A stretch of 39,500 nt of DNA from a virus. Under the pieces are notes generated by a model that was given only the letters and a program-made list of their open reading frames with translations, ran no database searches and was not told the DNA's origin. The DNA is taken from the IMG/VR virus record IMGVR_UViG_3300032257_000044, positions 1 through 39,500 of that record; one strand, written 5' to 3'. The position numbers were made by a program, and so were the translations under genes. Positions 1 to 8,575 of the stretch are shown one piece after another. How positions within the stretch are numbered: position 1 is the first letter of the stretch; each line of letters begins with the position of its first letter.

Positions 1-127
1 ACAACAGACAGAATAGCTAAAGCGAAGCCTCTGAGATAGATGTAAGCCATTGTAAATCCTGATTGTATGGCCATTTGAAACATATAGAAGGGGGCCATTT
101 GCCTGTAAGTCTCGAAGATAATACCTG
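1..127. repeat. End-overlap copy A, identical to 39374-39500
   Basis: Direct comparison: bases 1-127 (acaacagacagaatagc...cgaagataatacctg) recur base for base at 39374-39500. Confidence 0.95.
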
Positions 128-269
128 TATCTTTATCTAACACTATCTCCTGATAGCCTGTCATTATTAAAAACTCAGCCGCTAATACTATCCATATATG
201 CCTATATATAGTATTTCTAAAGTGGAAAGCCACTAAAAACGAAGCAGTTAATAAAAAATAGTCCGTCAT
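1..269 (-). CDS. 5' part (about 89 codons) of a 153-aa multi-pass membrane protein; continues at 39373->39181 once circularised
   Basis: My translation from ATG 269-267 gives MTDYFLLTASFLVAFHFRNTIYRHIWIVLAAEFLIMTGYQEIVLDKDTGIIFETYRQ, then MAPFYMFQ... It is in frame with track ORF 39181..39471 and has no stop before the window edge. Its start overlaps the stop of the upstream micro-ORF (ATGA). Confidence 0.6.
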   Translation of the reverse strand, partial: MTDYFLLTASFLVAFHFRNTIYRHIWIVLAAEFLIMTGYQEIVLDKDTGIIFETYRQMAPFYMFQMAIQSGFTMAYIYLRGFALAILSV

Positions 270-319
270 TTCGGCTTATTTCTTGGCTTCTTCTTCTTTG
301 GTTTTCTTGTACCTGCCAT
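266..319 (-). CDS. 17-aa highly basic micro-ORF (MAGTRKPKKKKPRNKPK)
   Basis: GAGGAG lies 6 nt upstream of ATG 319-317. The stop TGA (268-266) overlaps the ATG of the downstream membrane-protein gene. It is too short for the ORF track. Confidence 0.25.
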   Translation of the reverse strand: MAGTRKPKKKKPRNKPK

Positions 320-335
320 TAGATTCTCCTCAGTT

Positions 336-767
336 TTAAGTTATTGGGTTTTTCCAATCGTCTACAATTACAAGTCTAAATTCATCATCATTTGATAATA
401 TAGCCATAAACTCATTATAACCTGCTTTACTGGATTTTATACCGCTACTGCTGCCTAACTGACCAAACTCTTCACCTATCAGTATACAGCCTCTTGAATC
501 ATCATCTAAATTGCCTTTATGAAATAATATATGTGTTCTATTCTCCACATTAGTCACTTCAAACGTATTACCAAATCGAGGCGAATTAACGCGATTACAG
601 ATATATTCACCAGCAGGAATACAAGAGCCTGGAGTACTACCAACACTTGGTAAGTTATCTAACCACTCTCTTTCAAGGGTTAACGCAAAAGGAATATTCT
701 CAAATACAATAGCGCCAAACGTGCCCTGCCCGCCTGTAACTACCCGTCTAATAATTAATGTTTTCAT
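336..767 (-). CDS. Hypothetical 143-aa protein with a YkuD-like H..(n)..S-x-G-C motif; candidate cell-wall hydrolase (endolysin candidate)
   Basis: Track ORF. The segment ILFHKGNLDDDSRGCILIG resembles the His / Ser-x-Gly-Cys catalytic signature of the L,D-transpeptidase (YkuD) fold. It is the last soluble protein of the late operon and sits directly upstream of membrane proteins. Confidence 0.4.
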   Translation of the reverse strand: MKTLIIRRVVTGGQGTFGAIVFENIPFALTLEREWLDNLPSVGSTPGSCIPAGEYICNRVNSPRFGNTFEVTNVENRTHILFHKGNLDDDSRGCILIGEEFGQLGSSSGIKSSKAGYNEFMAILSNDDEFRLVIVDDWKNPIT

Positions 768-1582
768 ATTACAAACCCTGTAGGTGGGCCCATAAATGAA
801 TCACCTATTTGCATATAACTGGTATGCACATGAGCATTTGTTATATCTGCTCCAGTATCAACAAAGCCATAAGCTGGCATTCTAAATACATGGTAAGCAT
901 CATCTACAGCTGCGATTGAGGGAGTAGATAAATAGTCTTGTAAGGCAATTGTTCCGTCCTGACTATAGACATGCAAGGTAATATTCCCACCATATACATG
1001 AGTTAGCTCAAAATAAAGCCATTGCCCATAATAATTTTCTGGACTAAATATCAACGTATAACCAGATGGAATATAACCACTGTTTGCCGTACCGTTTTCA
1101 CTGATTGGCCCCGTACCATTAGCGTCATTAGCTAGGCGTATAAAATGCTGCCCATCTGCGGCACGATTAATAAAGAAAACAGGGCGATTTGTTGCATTAC
1201 TGGCATCATTCGACATTTCTACCATAAAGAATTTTTGTTCAGCATCACGGATACCATTTATAAACTCAGTGCCAATTCTGATCGCACAACCAACTGACCA
1301 ATTTCTGGAATCAGCAAGCAATAAAGCTTCTGTATCTTGGACTAGTAATGTGCCCATATCTAAAGATGCAACAGTGCTAGCTACTAAAGTGCTATTGATA
1401 AATTGCGGGTTAGCTGCATCCCATGTGCCCGTAGTTACATATGTATCATTTGTACCTGAACCACCAAATTCAGAATCACCACCAGACCCGTCGGGGTCAA
1501 TCTGATTCGCAGCAGAATCATATGAATAACTAAAAACAGGAGTTGCATTCGCAGGTGCTTCAGTAGCAACTCTTCCACGCAT
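764..1582 (-). CDS. Distal tail / receptor-binding-like protein (jelly-roll/LamG-like composition); start uncertain
   Basis: The track ORF 764..1672 begins at a TTG that overlaps the upstream gene by 58 nt. The first ATG (MRGRVATEAP...) is at 1582. A TTG at 1616 overlapping the upstream stop is an alternative start. Beta-rich, Gly/Asn/Thr-rich sequence at the end of the fibre module. Confidence 0.45.
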   Translation of the reverse strand: MRGRVATEAPANATPVFSYSYDSAANQIDPDGSGGDSEFGGSGTNDTYVTTGTWDAANPQFINSTLVASTVASLDMGTLLVQDTEALLLADSRNWSVGCAIRIGTEFINGIRDAEQKFFMVEMSNDASNATNRPVFFINRAADGQHFIRLANDANGTGPISENGTANSGYIPSGYTLIFSPENYYGQWLYFELTHVYGGNITLHVYSQDGTIALQDYLSTPSIAAVDDAYHVFRMPAYGFVDTGADITNAHVHTSYMQIGDSFMGPPTGFVI

Positions 1583-1614
1583 ACCGGAAGTTACTAATTT
1601 ATTTCGCCACCAGC

Positions 1615-1935
1615 TCAAGTGAATGCCCCGATAGCAATAACAGACAAGTTTGCACCTGTAGTTACTTTCCAAGCACCATTCTTTGATTTAGCACCGATAG
1701 GTATTGCAAAAGGCGTTAAATCTGCGCCCACAGTACCCCCTGTATAAACCGTTATAGAAGTGGCATCATCAAGTATCGATATAGCACCAGGCGCAGTAGT
1801 AGCTGGAATAACTAAAAGTCCTTCTAATACATCACCAGTACCACCAGTTGCGCCAAGAACCTGCGCAATCTGACTTGCTGCTACCGTTTCATATTGATCT
1901 TCATTTTTTATCGTAACATCATTATACACAGTCAT
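1615..1935 (-). CDS. Small tail-fibre-module protein (106 aa)
   Basis: Track ORF. Gly/Thr/Ala-rich, between spike-like and LamG-like genes. Function unknown. Confidence 0.5.
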   Translation of the reverse strand: MTVYNDVTIKNEDQYETVAASQIAQVLGATGGTGDVLEGLLVIPATTAPGAISILDDATSITVYTGGTVGADLTPFAIPIGAKSKNGAWKVTTGANLSVIAIGAFT

Positions 1936-1953
1936 AATTTACTCCATAAATAA

Positions 1954-3294
1954 TTACAGATTAACTGGATGGAATGGGCCATAGAATGACTGAACAGGGC
2001 CTAAATCCGTGTCAAAATTAGAGTAAGGCTCTCCATTAATATCCACCGGATTTGGGTCTGTGCCCCAATAAGCGCCGCCTTTACCAATCATTAAAGAGTC
2101 ATTCGCTATCATTAGATTCCATAATGTTTCGTCACTTACATTATCTAAATCAGCTAGGGGGTCACTCAATAATGGTAAGAAGCTTCCGCCTGCTTCCATT
2201 TCGGCAAGTGTATTTGTTGTGCTAGTGCTTAATGATGCTGGTATTGAATTTGCGCCTGTAGTTGTCCAAACTGGGCTGCCGCCTATAGAATAATCTAAAG
2301 GCGTTGCTGCTGCACCTGTAGGCCAGTCAACGTACCAAAAATTATAATCCTCATTTACCGTTATTCCTGCGGCTTCTGCTGTATCCAAAACACCAGACGT
2401 TAACTTATAACCAATATTGTTATAAACATTTAATGTTGCTGTGCTTGCTGTTGCTGTTAATGCAAATATATGTGATTTTATAGCTATATTGTTATAACAA
2501 CTTAAGTTTGCAGCCGCGTTAGTGACGGCTGCTAATTTATGACCAGTAAAGAAGCCTATGCATTTTCTAACAACCAAAGCGCCTGCTGCTGTTGACGCTG
2601 CCATTTGATCGTCGGCATATCTTGATACGCAGTTTTCAACTATCCACGTTCCGCTTGCGCCTCTTGCGCTTACTGGATAACCATTGCAATATTTAAACAT
2701 AAAGCCTGTGAATAATTGGTCTGTATGGTTTCCGTCAAAAGCAAAATTATTTTGTGAGCATATAACCGTGTGATCTAATGGCGCTAGATCATCAAACCGA
2801 ACGTGTACCGTATTAAAGCCTATTTCTGCATTTGAGCCGTAACCTAACTGACCATTCGCCAAACTGCCCACAGTTCCACGCTGATAATCATCGTCTTCTG
2901 AAGATCGCTCATAGTAATGACCGTCTACAGTTGAAGAGTCACAGCTTGAAATAGAAGGGTCTGCCTTTAAAGCTAATGTAAAGTAATATTCATTCGTACC
3001 AGACGGGCTTAAATTCCACTCACCGCCGGATATAGTGCTTAAGTCTATACCGCAATTTATCTCGCATTTATTTCCACGCCATATAACCGGATTAGCTGCT
3101 GTTCCATTGCCTTTTGTCGCAATAAGAGCTGTTCTTATATAAGGGCCTGAACCTTCGGCAAAATCTACTATCTCTCCAGCACTTAAAGAGCCACCACCAA
3201 TACTAGAAGGGTCTGTATAAGCATCTTCAGGGCTTGAGCCATCGTTTGCGCCTGTTGCTCTATCATCTATGTATGTAATATCTCCGATAGCCAT
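1954..3294 (-). CDS. Tailspike-like protein, probable right-handed beta-helix (possible glycan depolymerase)
   Basis: 446 aa. Short repeats with periodic N/C/G/hydrophobic residues (..NCVSRYADD.., ..CYNNIAIKSH.., ..NVYNNIGYK..) are typical of pectate-lyase-fold spikes. Located in the tail module. Confidence 0.45.
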   Translation of the reverse strand: MAIGDITYIDDRATGANDGSSPEDAYTDPSSIGGGSLSAGEIVDFAEGSGPYIRTALIATKGNGTAANPVIWRGNKCEINCGIDLSTISGGEWNLSPSGTNEYYFTLALKADPSISSCDSSTVDGHYYERSSEDDDYQRGTVGSLANGQLGYGSNAEIGFNTVHVRFDDLAPLDHTVICSQNNFAFDGNHTDQLFTGFMFKYCNGYPVSARGASGTWIVENCVSRYADDQMAASTAAGALVVRKCIGFFTGHKLAAVTNAAANLSCYNNIAIKSHIFALTATASTATLNVYNNIGYKLTSGVLDTAEAAGITVNEDYNFWYVDWPTGAAATPLDYSIGGSPVWTTTGANSIPASLSTSTTNTLAEMEAGGSFLPLLSDPLADLDNVSDETLWNLMIANDSLMIGKGGAYWGTDPNPVDINGEPYSNFDTDLGPVQSFYGPFHPVNL

Positions 3295-3297
3295 AAA

Positions 3298-3654
3298 TTA
3301 CCCCTGCTGTTGTACATCTACGAGAATAGATGCTGTATCTGCCACAATGGCCGCATGAGTAGCGTTAGCTGATACACGCCTAGTCATGGTTGCTTTTGAT
3401 GTGCTACCTGCTGCCATAGGAAATAACTTCTCACCAGTCGCGGCATTGGATATTGCCTCTGCTTCACTTTCACCATAAGCAAATCGCCCAAAGTTAGTTG
3501 CGTCTGAATTGGTAATCGTTACTTGGTTTGTGCCTGTTGCTAGTGCAAAAGCTACACCAGCGGTAGTGAAAGTAATATCCCCTGTATAAGATGAAGGGAT
3601 AGGCGTACCCATAGCAGAATCATTAATTACTGTTACTGGATTATGAAATGACAT
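3298..3654 (-). CDS. Small tail-module protein (118 aa)
   Basis: Track ORF, Ala/Thr/Gly-rich, tightly packed between fibre genes. Confidence 0.5.
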   Translation of the reverse strand: MSFHNPVTVINDSAMGTPIPSSYTGDITFTTAGVAFALATGTNQVTITNSDATNFGRFAYGESEAEAISNAATGEKLFPMAAGSTSKATMTRRVSANATHAAIVADTASILVDVQQQG

Positions 3655-3674
3655 TATTTTCTCCTAAAACTTGT

Positions 3675-5000
3675 TTATACCAATTTAGCCGTTAATCTAC
3701 TGCCTATCCCAATCGAGGCTGAGGCGGCAGAATCAAGAAACCCTATCGCAGTTATAGCGGCAGAACCCGTGTATCTCATATGGATAGTATACGTGTCAAT
3801 TTCAGTAGACCCTGAATCCCATAATGTGGCTATACATGTAATTAAAGTTTCCCCACTTGTTGAATTTGGAGAAAGCACTAGCCTTGCGCTAATTGAATCG
3901 CCTGCCGCATATGTTAGAAACACGTTATCATTAACTGCTGCACTGGCAGACCCATTAAACGTATTCTTATAAAAATAATTTGTCCCTGTAGCATCGCCAT
4001 TTAACTCTATATTCAGCACACCGCCAGTTGTGCCATAAATAGCATTAAAATCGACAACTATTTCCTTGTTTGCATCAAACACAAGACTATTCAGTGCAAT
4101 AGAATTTGCTGCTGCTCCTGTTATAGTCGTGGTATTCGATGATGCGTCTTCCAGTAAATTAAGGTCGGCTGCTGATGAGGTTACTGATACGCCGTTATAT
4201 TGAAATGTGCCAGCTAGATTTATAATTGTCCCGCCTAAAGAAATTGAATCTATTGATACACTTGACCCCGTTCCCGATCTTTGAACAATAAGCCATGTAG
4301 CAGCATTAGCATCAGCAGCATCTACTGCTGTTCCTTGAAGTGCTTCAGTGTTTGCAAGTAGCTTCCATTTCTTCTGGTCTAGTCCTCCATCCGTTTCATT
4401 AAGGATTAATTGAGGTGCGGCATTCGTTATCGTTAAATTACCAGTAGCCACAGTATTAGCATCAGCCCTTAAGAACTGACTGGCAGATAATCCAGCAAAA
4501 GCACTATTTAATAATACAAAATTTGTTCCATCATAAAATCCAAATACAGGCCCTATTTGTATATCACCCGTCTCAGGGTCATTTCCATTTAATAGCTTTA
4601 TATTCAAAGCGCCAATAAGATTAAAGTTAATGGTACATGCGCCTGTATTGGCTACATCAGCTAAGAAAGAATACATTTGGCCTGTTTTATAAGCGCCAGG
4701 ACTTATCGGCAATGAAGCGGCATAAGTATCTGTACCAGCAGCACTAGCCCCTGCATATAATAGAGTATTATCGATAACATCATCAGCACTAGCGTAGGTT
4801 TGCAAGGCACTAGCATTACCTACCCCTGTATGCCTGAATGTTGACATAGGTAGATTTGCTGTGACCGCTGTCTGACCATCCTTAGTTATACACGTTGTTA
4901 ATGCAGAGGCTATATCAGCTGTTAGCGTGTTCTGAGCCGAACTGTCTATTGTTGTATTGCCAATTGCTGGACTAACTGTAGTCACTGGCAAGATATACAC
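3675..5000 (-). CDS. Tail fibre protein
   Basis: 441 aa. Thr/Ala/Gly/Asn-rich beta-type sequence directly after the internal-virion-like genes. Called from position and composition only. Confidence 0.5.
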   Translation of the reverse strand: MYILPVTTVSPAIGNTTIDSSAQNTLTADIASALTTCITKDGQTAVTANLPMSTFRHTGVGNASALQTYASADDVIDNTLLYAGASAAGTDTYAASLPISPGAYKTGQMYSFLADVANTGACTINFNLIGALNIKLLNGNDPETGDIQIGPVFGFYDGTNFVLLNSAFAGLSASQFLRADANTVATGNLTITNAAPQLILNETDGGLDQKKWKLLANTEALQGTAVDAADANAATWLIVQRSGTGSSVSIDSISLGGTIINLAGTFQYNGVSVTSSAADLNLLEDASSNTTTITGAAANSIALNSLVFDANKEIVVDFNAIYGTTGGVLNIELNGDATGTNYFYKNTFNGSASAAVNDNVFLTYAAGDSISARLVLSPNSTSGETLITCIATLWDSGSTEIDTYTIHMRYTGSAAITAIGFLDSAASASIGIGSRLTAKLV

Positions 5001-5057
5001 ACCTGATCCGTTGAAAGAAATTGGACTACCCTCCCGCTATCATGTAGCTAATATTCA

Positions 5058-7349
5058 TTATTCATTCTCCGCTTCGAGTATTCCAGCGCCAACTATGGCA
5101 GGATTCTTTATTTTCTTAATATCAGCTTTTCTTTTGCGTTTATTAATTACCATTTCCATAAGATCAGCCATTTCGTTAGGCTTTTTCATCTTATCAGATA
5201 GCAGCGCGTTAGTATCTTTTGTGTTTTTGCCTTCAATCCTCTTAAGAATAGCCTTGATAATCATTATTCGTCTATCTAATGGATTAGGTAAATCTCCTAA
5301 TACTGCACCCATTTCTTTATTCAAGGCTGGATAACCTTTGCCAGACTGATATTTTAGTATCTCATCGTTCATCATTGCATCGGTTATCTTATCTACCGAT
5401 GATTTTTGTGTATCCGTTAAATCTCTTGTCTTGCCTTGCTTTTCAAGCTTATCCCATGCGGCTTCAATTCCCTTTCTGCTCTGAGGTAATAAGGTTTCTT
5501 CTCCAAGCCCCTTTGATAAAGCCTGACCTGATTCCATCTGTGATATTGGTTTTGCTCCTCTAGCATAAGCGTCTTCAGCAGCAGCAAATTTTTTACTCTT
5601 ACTTCTAATAAAATCAGTAAATGCCTTTTTAGTAGACGTTATTTTAGCGGCCTCTTTTGGCCCTAGCCCACTCGCGCCCGCCTCCTTTGTTAACCTAACA
5701 GACATTTCGTCTGCAACAGCCTGCTTAAGCAACTGCAAGTCTTTTACCTTCCATTTATTTATATCATCAGGTAGCTTGGCTCCGCCCTCAGCCGCTAATT
5801 CTTTAGCTTTTCTTATTCCACGCTGAATAGATGGCCTATCAAGAAATTCACTCAATGAAGGGCCTTTTTCGCCCACCTTATTTTGTTCAAATACTTTCTG
5901 TATAGAATTATATGTTTTTTCTGCTACAGCTCTTTCTTTAGCTATATTCTTTATTTCGGCAGCAGCTATTTTTGCATCATTTGCTCTAAAGTGATTAGCA
6001 GCACCTAAATTTTTACCTGCTGGTGGTACAGTATAATCGACCCCTGCTTGTTTCTTTAGCATGTTAGGGAGGCCTGATGTTTTAGGCGCAACCATTGAAT
6101 CAGGGATTCCTGCCTGCTCTTGCAAGAAATTAGGAAGATTTTTTTCAGACAAAAGCTCTTTCGTAAAAGCAGGATCATCATATCTAGCGCCTGGGCGATT
6201 ACTCATATCTTGTAACTTGCCCTTTATTGGAGCATCACCGCGAGCCATATTAGCTTGCTGTGCAGACATTGTGTCCATAATTCCTTTATCTTTTAATGCG
6301 TTTATCTTTGCTTCTCTTGCGGCTAATTCACCAGCTGCCCCCTTTTGCTTTGCAGCCTCAAGCACCTGCACATTTGATCTAGGATCAATTGCATCATTTC
6401 TTGATTTAGCATAATTTGCTTCTGATTCTTTGACCAGCCTAGATTTTGCCAATGCAAGCGCCTTTGGAGTCTCACCAAAGCCTTTTGATAAAGACTGAAG
6501 TCTATCCGCTCTCTGGGCCTTTAGCATAGCTTGGAAGCCTGATGGGTCAATCTGTTCAGCAAATTTTTGTAATGCGGAAAACTCCATTGATTCGGCCTTA
6601 GTTGCCGCTTGTCCTGCCGTTTGCCCTTCCTTTGCCGTCCTAAGTAGCTCAACAACTTTAGGAAATCTATCTCCTAGCATTTTATCAATAGTATCTACGG
6701 TTGCTCTTTCAGCACCTTTTGGAAGTCTGTTTACTAAAGCATCTTTTACAAATTTTAAAGTCGCGCCAGCTGCATTCAATGGGGCTGTCACTGGTTTTGC
6801 AACTGTTTCAGCTAATGCGCTAGGCACAGCTTCAGGTGGCATAGCTTTTTTAGCGCCCTTAGCCCCTATTATTGCTGGCAGAGACATTATTGTTGTTTTT
6901 GCAGCGGCCCCTATAGCTGGCGAGCCTGTTATATCTAAATTAGCTTGACCTACTGTCTCAGCGCCTTCTTCTAATTTTTCAAAAGGAGCCATTAAAGCCT
7001 CAGATGCAACTTGACCGCCTGTTGATCTAGGCTGATATGTCATTGCATCTTGGAAATATTCAATATTTTCTGTTGAATCACCCAAATCAAGCCCTAAAGT
7101 ATTGCCTAATTCAGTGCCTATTCCAGACAAGCCGCCAATTGATGAGGCAACCATACCAGAGCCTATTTGCATAGCTGGTTCTAATGCAGCGCCCACTAAA
7201 TTTCCTGCTGACTCAAACGGCTTATCTAGCGAGTAAACATCTTCTAATCTTTTTGGGTTTTCTTCTGGCGACACAGATTCTAGCATAGCCTCCGCTCTAT
7301 TTCTTTTTGCCCTTGCAATTGCTAATGCTTTTTGCTGTTCAGGTGTCAT
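5058..7349 (-). CDS. Large internal-virion / ejection-like protein (763 aa)
   Basis: Ala/Lys/Glu-rich, predicted helical. It is the third of three consecutive large genes between the nozzle-like and fibre genes, as in podovirus ejection-protein sets. No enzymatic motif seen. Confidence 0.35.
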   Translation of the reverse strand: MTPEQQKALAIARAKRNRAEAMLESVSPEENPKRLEDVYSLDKPFESAGNLVGAALEPAMQIGSGMVASSIGGLSGIGTELGNTLGLDLGDSTENIEYFQDAMTYQPRSTGGQVASEALMAPFEKLEEGAETVGQANLDITGSPAIGAAAKTTIMSLPAIIGAKGAKKAMPPEAVPSALAETVAKPVTAPLNAAGATLKFVKDALVNRLPKGAERATVDTIDKMLGDRFPKVVELLRTAKEGQTAGQAATKAESMEFSALQKFAEQIDPSGFQAMLKAQRADRLQSLSKGFGETPKALALAKSRLVKESEANYAKSRNDAIDPRSNVQVLEAAKQKGAAGELAAREAKINALKDKGIMDTMSAQQANMARGDAPIKGKLQDMSNRPGARYDDPAFTKELLSEKNLPNFLQEQAGIPDSMVAPKTSGLPNMLKKQAGVDYTVPPAGKNLGAANHFRANDAKIAAAEIKNIAKERAVAEKTYNSIQKVFEQNKVGEKGPSLSEFLDRPSIQRGIRKAKELAAEGGAKLPDDINKWKVKDLQLLKQAVADEMSVRLTKEAGASGLGPKEAAKITSTKKAFTDFIRSKSKKFAAAEDAYARGAKPISQMESGQALSKGLGEETLLPQSRKGIEAAWDKLEKQGKTRDLTDTQKSSVDKITDAMMNDEILKYQSGKGYPALNKEMGAVLGDLPNPLDRRIMIIKAILKRIEGKNTKDTNALLSDKMKKPNEMADLMEMVINKRKRKADIKKIKNPAIVGAGILEAENE

Positions 7350-8575
7350 TGAAATAACGCCCTATCTTCATCTGACATATATTTCCAATCTTCAGGATCA
7401 ATTCCTTCAGGAATATTATTAGGGTCGAATGTATTGTCTTTTTTATCTTGATATTCATCAAGCCAACGAGGCGTAATAACACCAGCAGATACATTAGGGT
7501 GTTTTTCTTTTTCTTGATCTAGTGCATAAATGTAATTCTGAACCTCTGAATCTTTTATCTTCTTAAGAATTTGAGCTACAGCTATACGCGCATCGTGGCT
7601 GGTTTCGACTCTAGGCATGGACATATTTATAATCTCCATATCTTTATCAGTTAAGCCTCTTGCACCAAATTGAGCAATTTTATTAACCTTCATATCACCT
7701 AAAGCCTGACTCATTGTAGAAACGTCTACTAAAGATTCGTCGCTATAGCCGAAAGATGAAAGCATGTTTTTAACGCCTGATATAATCGGTTGAGCGCCAC
7801 CAGCTGTACTATCAGGGGAGGCGGCAATAAATCTATCAAGTGCAAGTGATTCGTTATAAGCAGACTTTGCTCCAGCAGATAACTCGTCCATCATCTGTGC
7901 CTGTTTTTTCATTCTTTCATCAGCATACTTGTCTGAGCCACCTACTGATATATCGGATGCGCCAGAGCTTTTAGCATATGGCTGGCCAACTAAATTAGCC
8001 TTAACACCATTTATTACCTCTCTATTCTGCCATAATCCGCTTTCCTGCATTTCTGGCACAACTTTGTATTTACTAGCGGCAGGCTTATTCTTCTTCAGCA
8101 TAGCTAGGGCCACTTTATCCATGCCACTACCCTCTAATTCGGGTGTGGTCATTCCCTGTATTGCACCACGCATAGGATCAGCTTCTATTGATTCCTGTTT
8201 AGGCTCGTAATTATAACCGCCTAAATCTTCATCAAATTCGCCTATCTGCTCATCAACTGCATCCTTACCCATAATCGTGTTAAGTACGTCTTCAGCAGCC
8301 TTAGACTTCATTTCTGATTTTTCGGCACTTAACTCAGATTCTTTTGAGTCCACATCTTTTAACTGGCTTCGACTTAATAGTGCTGACGCTAATTTAGTTA
8401 AGCCTTCGCCTAGACCATAAGGCACAACACGACCACTAACCATTCTATTTGAATCGCCTTGTTTTAAGTTCTGAGCCTGTAAAGCTTCAATCACTTTGCG
8501 TCTACGCGCCTGAGACTCTAGCTCAGATTGAACTTGCTCATATGAGCCTGGTGTTGTAAATGAAGTATATGCCAT
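7346..8575 (-). CDS. Internal-virion-like protein (409 aa)
   Basis: Track ORF. Start and stop overlaps (ATGA type) with both neighbours. Called from position. Confidence 0.35.
   Translation of the reverse strand: MAYTSFTTPGSYEQVQSELESQARRRKVIEALQAQNLKQGDSNRMVSGRVVPYGLGEGLTKLASALLSRSQLKDVDSKESELSAEKSEMKSKAAEDVLNTIMGKDAVDEQIGEFDEDLGGYNYEPKQESIEADPMRGAIQGMTTPELEGSGMDKVALAMLKKNKPAASKYKVVPEMQESGLWQNREVINGVKANLVGQPYAKSSGASDISVGGSDKYADERMKKQAQMMDELSAGAKSAYNESLALDRFIAASPDSTAGGAQPIISGVKNMLSSFGYSDESLVDVSTMSQALGDMKVNKIAQFGARGLTDKDMEIINMSMPRVETSHDARIAVAQILKKIKDSEVQNYIYALDQEKEKHPNVSAGVITPRWLDEYQDKKDNTFDPNNIPEGIDPEDWKYMSDEDRALFQ

Noticed and set aside
1-127. A biological direct terminal repeat (T7-like DTR) at the genome ends
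   Set aside because: The repeat is exactly 127 bp, the maximum k of common assemblers, and an ORF reads smoothly across the junction. An assembly overlap of a circular or permuted genome is the simpler reading. Only read-level data can decide.
764-1672. The full-length track ORF (302 aa) starting at 1672
   Set aside because: The start codon is TTG and the first 58 nt overlap the preceding gene. The N-terminal 30 residues (ESNYRCKLVCYCYRGIHLSWW...) look like out-of-frame read-through. ATG 1582 or TTG 1616 is more plausible.
1269-8210. Plus-strand ORFs inside the late genes (1269-1505, 3769-3972, 4957-5334, 5375-5563, 6061-6414, 7929-8210)
   Set aside because: All are antisense to long, well-supported structural genes. 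They have low-complexity Ser/Leu/Ile/Phe-rich translations and no ribosome-binding sites.
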